From an uncultured virus (IMG/VR IMGVR_UViG_3300025769_000078) (taxonomy: Duplodnaviria > Heunggongvirae > Uroviricota > Caudoviricetes), in IMG/VR virus record IMGVR_UViG_3300025769_000078: 64,000 nt of DNA. One strand, 5' to 3'. The position numbers and the translations under genes are program-made. Below the pieces are notes generated by a model, which saw only the letters and a program-made list of their open reading frames with translations, did no database searches and was not told the origin of the DNA. This document shows, one piece after another, positions 61,201 to 64,000 of this stretch (positions within the stretch are counted from its first letter, which is position 1; every line of letters starts with the position of its first letter).

Positions 61201-64000
61201 TAACCATACCTCTACAGGTGATTACTTGCTGGCTGGTGGCACAACTCAATGGGACGAGCGATTCCACCACAGTGACCGCTTTGTAGCACCTGCTAATGCT
61301 GGGCCTAACGTAGAGGCTTTGATTGCTGACAACACCGCACCTCCTACCATTAGCGACTACACTACAAGCACTGTCTTAGACGGCTCTCCATTCAACGCTC
61401 AGGTTTACTTACACCCTTCTCTTTCTGCTGACACTTCGTTATCAAATGCTGAGCCATGTCGTGCTGAAACTGGTGATTTGTTCTTCGATATTGACAAGAA
61501 CGTAGGAGTTGTGAATCACGAATTAAACATCGGTGAGCGTAACCTTGCTACTGATTTTATTAAATCAGTAAACACTCCATCGAATAATATGGTATCAACT
61601 TCTCATGATGTTCAATCAGGTATCTTTTGGGCTGGTGATGTCAATGCTTACGATGTATTGAAGCGTAGCCCTCACAAAAACTTCAGCACAGAGCACGTTG
61701 TATGGAAACGAATGGATGGTGGGACAGTTACCATGCCAGCCTCCAATGCTCGTGGCTTAGGAGCAGTGCCGTGGATTACTCGTGTAGTAGGTGGCAACGC
61801 ACACACAATGGGTGAGAAGTTGTATGGTAACATTCGATTCTCCTTTGAGACAACAAACTCGGCTATGATGCCAGTCCTACAAGCACAAGAGATAGCCCAT
61901 CCTACGTTAGCAAAGGAACATCCTATTGCTCTTGGTGGCGTGCTTGAGATACCAAACGAAGAGATACAGTTTGAGGACATCACTGTTGTAGACGACACAG
62001 GACAGGTGCATACGCTTGAGGGTGGTTCACCGTTGGGTATCGTCATCAGAGCGTATAAACCTGCATCGACAAGATTGGCAAGCGGTCTACAACCAGTCCC
62101 TGCAAACAGTGGCATACCTCCAAACTTTGAGATTCAATTACCTGACCCTGAATCCATTCCCGGTAACATCCTTGTTCGCAGTGGATTCGACCCAATACAG
62201 GCATACCAAACAGAAACATTCGGTGACGGTGGTATGATTCACCCTGATTTGGGTGCAAGTCATATCGGTCATCTGTTTGACAACGTGGTCAAATCTCCAA
62301 GAAAAGGGCCAACCATGAACGAAGTAGGATGGGAGCACATCTCACAAGACGAAAACTTCCCTGAGTCTACTCGTGACGGCTGGGTAGCAGCGACTGGTAA
62401 CAACACACTACGCAGTTCTTACGAGCAACAGGACAGAGCGCTATACTTCCACATTACAAAGATGGGTCACAGCCATACTGAAAAATTCCCGACAACCTAC
62501 ACTCACTCTGCTGGTGTGGTCAATCAAGCCCTTACCGTAGATTCCTACACTTCAACCTCAATTACAGCGAGCGCTGCTATCAACGAAAACATATTCTCTA
62601 CTGGCTTTGGGACACAAGAAGTAGCCGATAACCGACGATTCATACGAATTAGCAACGCAGCAGGTGAGAGTGTTATCGCTTCGTATGAATCAATAAGTTC
62701 AGATGTGTTTAACGACCTTGTTGGTGATATTGACTTCACTCAATTTATGGCTGATAATTTTGCTGTTGGTGCATTGACCATTACACCGTCATACTATGTC
62801 CCTGCTGGTAGTGCTCGTATATTCGCTGCACGCCGACTGCGTGACCATGCCGAGGTAAGCGGTAACAGCCCTGACATGGCTCATACTCTCTACTTCGACG
62901 GCGATGCTCAAACAACCATACACTCACGATACAGTAAGCCACAACTTACTCCAATGCCTATACCTCGTATGGGTCATCACTTCGTCAATGCAACAATGCC
63001 AATGATGCCGGGTCACTGGGCGCACCCAGCCTATCAAGGACTATACGAGAAAGCAAACAGCGACAAATTAGCGTTACTACCTGACGAAGATTATACGACA
63101 CTGGCTGACAACTTGGTCGAGGTAGACGGCACAACGAACAATCAGACTTCTATTCCTACAGCAGTTACAGACAGGATATTCCCACTCAACCCAGCGCTCA
63201 GAGTAGGTTCACTCACAGCCAACCCATCAGGCCCAAGCGACATTCACGGTGGTGCATTTACGTTGATGTTTGAGACGAAAATCAAGTATGACGGCTATGG
63301 TATACTCGCATCAAAAGGCACTGCTGGTGACATGAACAAGGCTGGTGGACACTCAATTGTCCTTGAGGCTGGTGGTAACTATACGCAGGCTAACCACTTC
63401 CCTGACCCTGCTGAAGTTGGTGCATATCAAATCGTTATCCAACCAAACCTACGCTCGCAACAGGTTACTGGATTCCATCGCAACAACGCTGATGCTACAG
63501 GTTTACCAACTGCTGGCACAGAACTATCGGGTCTTACCAGTCAGCAAGTCAATCTTGTTATCGGTATCAAATACGACGAAGAGCGACACTCAAGCCTGAC
63601 AGACAATGCTAACATCGGTGGTGTCACGCTTATTCTTGCTGAGGCTACGCTGGCTGACGTAAGAGGTTGTGAGATATTCTTGAACGAGGTCATCCTTGAC
63701 CACGACCCTGACCACGGTAGTCAGTTGGCTAACATTCCACCGATGTTGCTTTATAACCCATTGGGAGTTCAAGGGTCGGAGAGTCCTTCGTTTACACGGC
63801 GAGGTCATCCGTATCATCCAACAACTCCTGAGATAGAGTTCAAAGATGCTACACCGGGCTTTACCACGAACATACCGTGGTGGAGTATTATGCATCAAGG
63901 CACTCCGTCTGACGCATCGGCTGTTGGTTTCAGACATCTCGCTCTGTATCGTATCGACAACTACTACCAGTTCTGTCGAGCAAGTTACGGTGCAGTCGCT
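49208..64000 (+). CDS. Giant (>4,930 aa, 3'-truncated) tail/adhesin-like protein with an N-terminal LamG/ConA-like domain
   Basis: GAGGTGA RBS and ATG 49208; MPIMLQSNHALFFDGVSDSV..AIEAWV..EVYVNG..VYIGG..FRGVIEG. The track reports no terminated ORF in this frame, and the frame still reads sensibly at 64000. Confidence 0.85.
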   Translation, partial: MPIMLQSNHALFFDGVSDSVIIPQGNFSRVGEDYDKETDITRRSSASIVSHATGRGMVADLLGDGLAIEAWVVPDCGGVILMKEGQFRLSMGTVDTPGPVEFEANLTSASTGAMKVFLRSAQPETNGYDGQVYPVTTFGGLDDAYNRFDSGKDKATSLSQNQRPLYHLVACINRGKAEVYVNGDLVAQQIIPLDAALRPKNSHVYIGGKGGEFRGVIEGIHVSSSFNNEMITRNPSMVGDKTVSLYRFEEPISPLSGVYTITDVIETSYNDDGLASAETHLSSIPISPADAQSLANALTGKTITDTYVDFTVSPYSTGDYSVIDRYSTPGTTTNHLVPHVPYNLLINPGSINQDSKKPNGKPPERVRLHRINISSGRLLVSSIHLDFKTTTNTDGLRPVLHSTHIAANGANSFVVISADCLIENGTGRPYQPPHLSTQLIDRAGQMLIDEGLYEQHAMVYSSRMSTTAVDTDNPFAVAWPTDLDESFQIGHSGRHTLNHVEGHPYLRLMPRANEETLDQQAGNSDILTLTYDAASKGIDSMFPINSQVDYYKDTAAFEILKVVNNSTVHEIVSNGLSGANKTLIALGGASATDNDFDPLPFVLKGPVPQDINNIDDNVRKFHLHPSRDSRVALLEVPTLATRGLAPYVEVHYNAIDFTGASMSKTAPMLMVEKTVPASNYEVASGVYVYDDIATDVAAGNATLYAAGGYIDVGKSKEGNLGSVNFSHSLVGDISEGFEADVELDERRTPANFTAAGTVGNTTPQNLTASHTTKAQHDSVFHRILIERVADSGSLTVSSEFNRITPHTVHSSPSAGQFDIGVTSSASPIHEIFDIIDNVEIKNSAGITHRFFVQPSDRTRTNQLQYVYSTKERPNSSNIATVMFLMGRSKLRGIEQVEDENGRSTLVHCVGLSDVAATRSINELGSGSPDSHVVKEIDPNAPVVSVTLGGVGQGAYDTKPSFDKSTLAHLPYSSRRGFSCLATKVRVDLSTSNGTQFIEVSPLNNDSPDLASWGTYPFPKVGRIYLKNGANAEYQSKTGACFLFTDSNVSTRRFLLPNGNAVATFQDWVVGSGLRKDADVLTGTQSQDFPLGEIIMGDGHFFIENLQSDGTTVNDRMFQSMDNISHDYQLGTQFASTRALVEIPLFRGQFFADRENNSYPSPDNSLKLHIDPTMTAHTWNPSPVGRRYQDLPPSDRSAYGAYAKSILTNERNNQSNITNFETNSTNYRIYVSNPAMFPAGDVTTTNTNHYNVDNVLLFRRVFLPSGEWAIYSNDPITDGYIEITKEESYVSENFVSQLTIGTPLLMGNAYDSEVLVPLKGDALNVAADFENRSEYYYDAASVKTQGGNIDYGLRQYVSAVEFKAGPLSNPHAARVQSGRATGTILSVEPIMNGSVYTGFAHLIMSQEDVDKFPSVERQPNAINADYEWEMGQAHYSLEIDSNIFVYFGEGNKNKSTLVSGGLTPTDSLDTLSSIIVMTKENNTVPSYLKNDTLKGETATLTKYGYDVFFSSDKYNTKLDNTVNKSHTGRATFYSSPWEITGLTGSDDELPLSSATKSQILQANTLYLNVKPNDWIYAEHEIAGSPTTVTLLGQVDYIVEGAIRGNPVTVPAVNTKIYLKTAVPADNKASLTNMIAQAAASPSTEKVYLRTGCHSMMKNDEEACLNRTWLFPYAQGGLRRGDTVWMNMTYNNPHAVQGMFAKSRGVLNEALVWKGFNGGQGLMATEPRDSIPLENFLIGDSCIETARNFVQHVNKTIELNYDELGMSNPPTVAYLDPYLATEGHARVLLYDVAHDREFIAFQDIHMQVQTSPKAAELGFERLSSSLNVADGTDEIDLSNYAIKYNGGAQNPFITQIDVANGYPSQNKYIRAYQQSNFMESAYAHNIANNMSNAMLEPVSGIVTRLESVGANLLQYQNGTGYSTGTNVATTSINAGGTGLTVDITASAGQITNIVVNNGGNGYNNSSGGREARVRITGGNNDAVFKVFTTNTSVVNVLTSMTQAALYGKAHGHFIHTGYHTGGPLAKKRTLGDSITSRTNNAVAIPYHANKEHNKTRKLFSSNDVLIKALMQHRISKGKTLTLKAGGSGYNNGTFYNVKTTTDGQGTGMTVDVTISSNAVVTATVNRHGDSFYEEGDTIFIADRSLNILPTATANVSGNGDGSFTLFMNRRNEETSTLFDTPDGTRVIPAFLALKGIRSEALDLSNMTTETRLQHLPQWTQMDFTRRMTIDLGEVAVRDGITSVEAAATEVVRMINQAAAKKGRTHSNNTNKQYPVKVVGESDFATTGSTHDPVVWWDEDKAFESHDKGTHMGYIRAHLGRVVRDVDGNEEGFSIIVHSTVPGATGRNFAVWLDNSKGQVPYKPEFMIGHGGRFRTFWCMPDELSGENMHPAPMPLNKHGRPFAPITSLRQYTQPDESMQAVVPKGEFSNNHDETTTPRLRAVSAHSGSGQNHNTLNTESLEIEGFNTSFTEGLRVGTNAVARINFGGLVSAGVPGFAPDAGKWGFGRKGDERFANDYGKLTKVVDTEPATTYTGHVPTAQVFPDSIGDSPIYGLRLQDHRGVEHGIRYIYKNMGEKFALDNTLLPKTLENEIVVYFNHKDCSQGGFTIGKHMHGISDPTGRFPATPSNAGLANWRGNLWRGAPAPNASYNTDVVYNTTDKTITVTLYAPYDDCPHHDVLGYMGFPAENGVIHLSDPYNDASLTGNWGNMFAYTHRTRNDKTGTHVFHGVTGDTYISRHKIHTHSNTAPTLTLGDFVVGEETGGISALITPVANWTTLVTDELMAAVTAAAINLTDPNEETTFDCTNMYASDGRTFGEWGITEESIRIKAYNTKGNIEPISNFFTANLSQDVGIRASHIEYGEVESLKINNDGVAVTGDGTRPVGDGLIAKGRSLNCGYIPSTIIQITTKGRGHNANTATPNIVDSQNNPINTSTWRKNLIGENFIESSGDLILPNLDNPTLKMTNVDSASIMALHGDNEMWHFAKPAGYEASVTHVEQGASQDYARVDSFGTKTSISYGTHTAVTEGMNVNSGGYVSEKTFSQLSDANLRSGDWPSSNPSGTLVVQKYADLRAYLFAGKRSLGSVHSLPIIHFTGARDGPDNYVPLFFGGGFSGAVVDINDGTQNDYSEHNTHPYANGPTGSAGIQNANEILSSFSTLDCNAIMAFFPATALLKQHRGSINPPVYNKDNILSPDIKRGTQGVSNIHPNAAPYTAGAPYTAGVHMQVPSPMVLRFAHPTARYNDHRDGVENKTTYIIFGPGQAFPLCQEKASPDNAFEPHPGEAVSTGNTWSKVPNMTSSRPFLPNHIQNSAGEYMPERVETQLAKHRFHYRQVLNWESPLGIPDTVFLRERPENGRNYGNSFTANAFDHYSTASNFTDDVAKAYAVVQPSRHAMFYAGGMVKNSDLCWHMDNGNHPGGSWMDNQITMNPPLQGAATRISLNTNVSRINKTAFRVAGVLATKMLHSNDNSGSPGFNTDTLTASDVDHEYIVVDATRCQNGEELACVLGAAINTFPGKGALKAIGGTFMPSMGNATRQDRYGWIEAASVAIPSGVYGNGTVGGVTAHSDVTDFGYSNNTVSVEPMVRTIATTSTFTANVTSGVAAIAVTGTFPALIQAGQSVSGVGIQANSVVASFDSTASTVTINPAPNVSNTGVTITYTHNTLGNTATGGASLKNGDCFIDLIIVGGGTVETESFANRVPASGWLRTEANHDYGASVSSSVKSSAWASYHSRAFYRLGTNATDALYCRFFLSHNKITGLKAFEDGEAWRIYANTSVAFNSGGGGNVSGVTIPHPAPTTGTKIWIWSKSATIGVDNSAGSRFSNYGIGAPHFSGVADAIDRTKPVGAVGWHGERYSYLNTLSVDGGFSAGLGAWHSMLGFSPYGGSSSCANMLGHLPHTTPLPNSPESMPPTDIPGRSLTNFPSDGDTEADSVSYGVDDPIAFGTYVVGWADGAQFNNPPVMRNTPEIQKELIHAQGTYSRALLVVAHEGELSLVARKDRDNHTSTGDYLLAGGTTQWDERFHHSDRFVAPANAGPNVEALIADNTAPPTISDYTTSTVLDGSPFNAQVYLHPSLSADTSLSNAEPCRAETGDLFFDIDKNVGVVNHELNIGERNLATDFIKSVNTPSNNMVSTSHDVQSGIFWAGDVNAYDVLKRSPHKNFSTEHVVWKRMDGGTVTMPASNARGLGAVPWITRVVGGNAHTMGEKLYGNIRFSFETTNSAMMPVLQAQEIAHPTLAKEHPIALGGVLEIPNEEIQFEDITVVDDTGQVHTLEGGSPLGIVIRAYKPASTRLASGLQPVPANSGIPPNFEIQLPDPESIPGNILVRSGFDPIQAYQTETFGDGGMIHPDLGASHIGHLFDNVVKSPRKGPTMNEVGWEHISQDENFPESTRDGWVAATGNNTLRSSYEQQDRALYFHITKMGHSHTEKFPTTYTHSAGVVNQALTVDSYTSTSITASAAINENIFSTGFGTQEVADNRRFIRISNAAGESVIASYESISSDVFNDLVGDIDFTQFMADNFAVGALTITPSYYVPAGSARIFAARRLRDHAEVSGNSPDMAHTLYFDGDAQTTIHSRYSKPQLTPMPIPRMGHHFVNATMPMMPGHWAHPAYQGLYEKANSDKLALLPDEDYTTLADNLVEVDGTTNNQTSIPTAVTDRIFPLNPALRVGSLTANPSGPSDIHGGAFTLMFETKIKYDGYGILASKGTAGDMNKAGGHSIVLEAGGNYTQANHFPDPAEVGAYQIVIQPNLRSQQVTGFHRNNADATGLPTAGTELSGLTSQQVNLVIGIKYDEERHSSLTDNANIGGVTLILAEATLADVRGCEIFLNEVILDHDPDHGSQLANIPPMLLYNPLGVQGSESPSFTRRGHPYHPTTPEIEFKDATPGFTTNIPWWSIMHQGTPSDASAVGFRHLALYRIDNYYQFCRASYGAVA

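Noticed and set aside
49391..63937. Many short track ORFs within the last 15 kb
   Set aside because: They are shadow ORFs on other frames or the opposite strand of the single giant reading frame starting at 49208.
1..64000. tRNA/rRNA genes, integrase or host flanking genes
   Set aside because: None recognised by eye, so provirus versus free virus cannot be decided; tRNAscan-SE would be needed to exclude tRNAs.

Overview
This window is about 64 kb of a head-tail dsDNA virus (Caudoviricetes) of an archaeal host. The evidence for an archaeal host is TATA-box promoters, GGTGA/GGAGG ribosome-binding sites and many apparently leaderless starts. Gene content and order best fit magrovirus-like viruses of Marine Group II Euryarchaeota (Poseidoniales); this assignment is inference. 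Positions 1-2.8 kb hold small minus-strand genes, three of which share an identical 14-bp TATA element. A GC-rich, repeat-rich strand switch follows at 2.8-3.3 kb. The rest is mostly one long plus-strand region. (i) 3.3-12.8 kb is an island of modular proteins that share an '(M/P)xxAFxxAWxLLK' tag and carry tandem kinase-like, GNAT-like, HNH-like and small basic modules. (ii) 12.9-16.6 kb is a membrane-protein cluster around an Arf-like small GTPase. (iii) The packaging/head module has a TerS candidate, TerL, an inserted HMG-CoA lyase, a LAGLIDADG protein, portal, an 1837-aa protein ending in a DNA-ligase fold that lacks the catalytic Lys, prohead protease/scaffold and major capsid protein. 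(iv) Neck and tail genes end in an uninterrupted ORF of more than 4,930 codons that runs off the window. The two best candidates for undescribed systems are the tag-directed, shuffled, possibly virion-packaged effector set and the viral Arf-like GTPase membrane module. All functional calls come from motif recognition by eye; no database searches were run.
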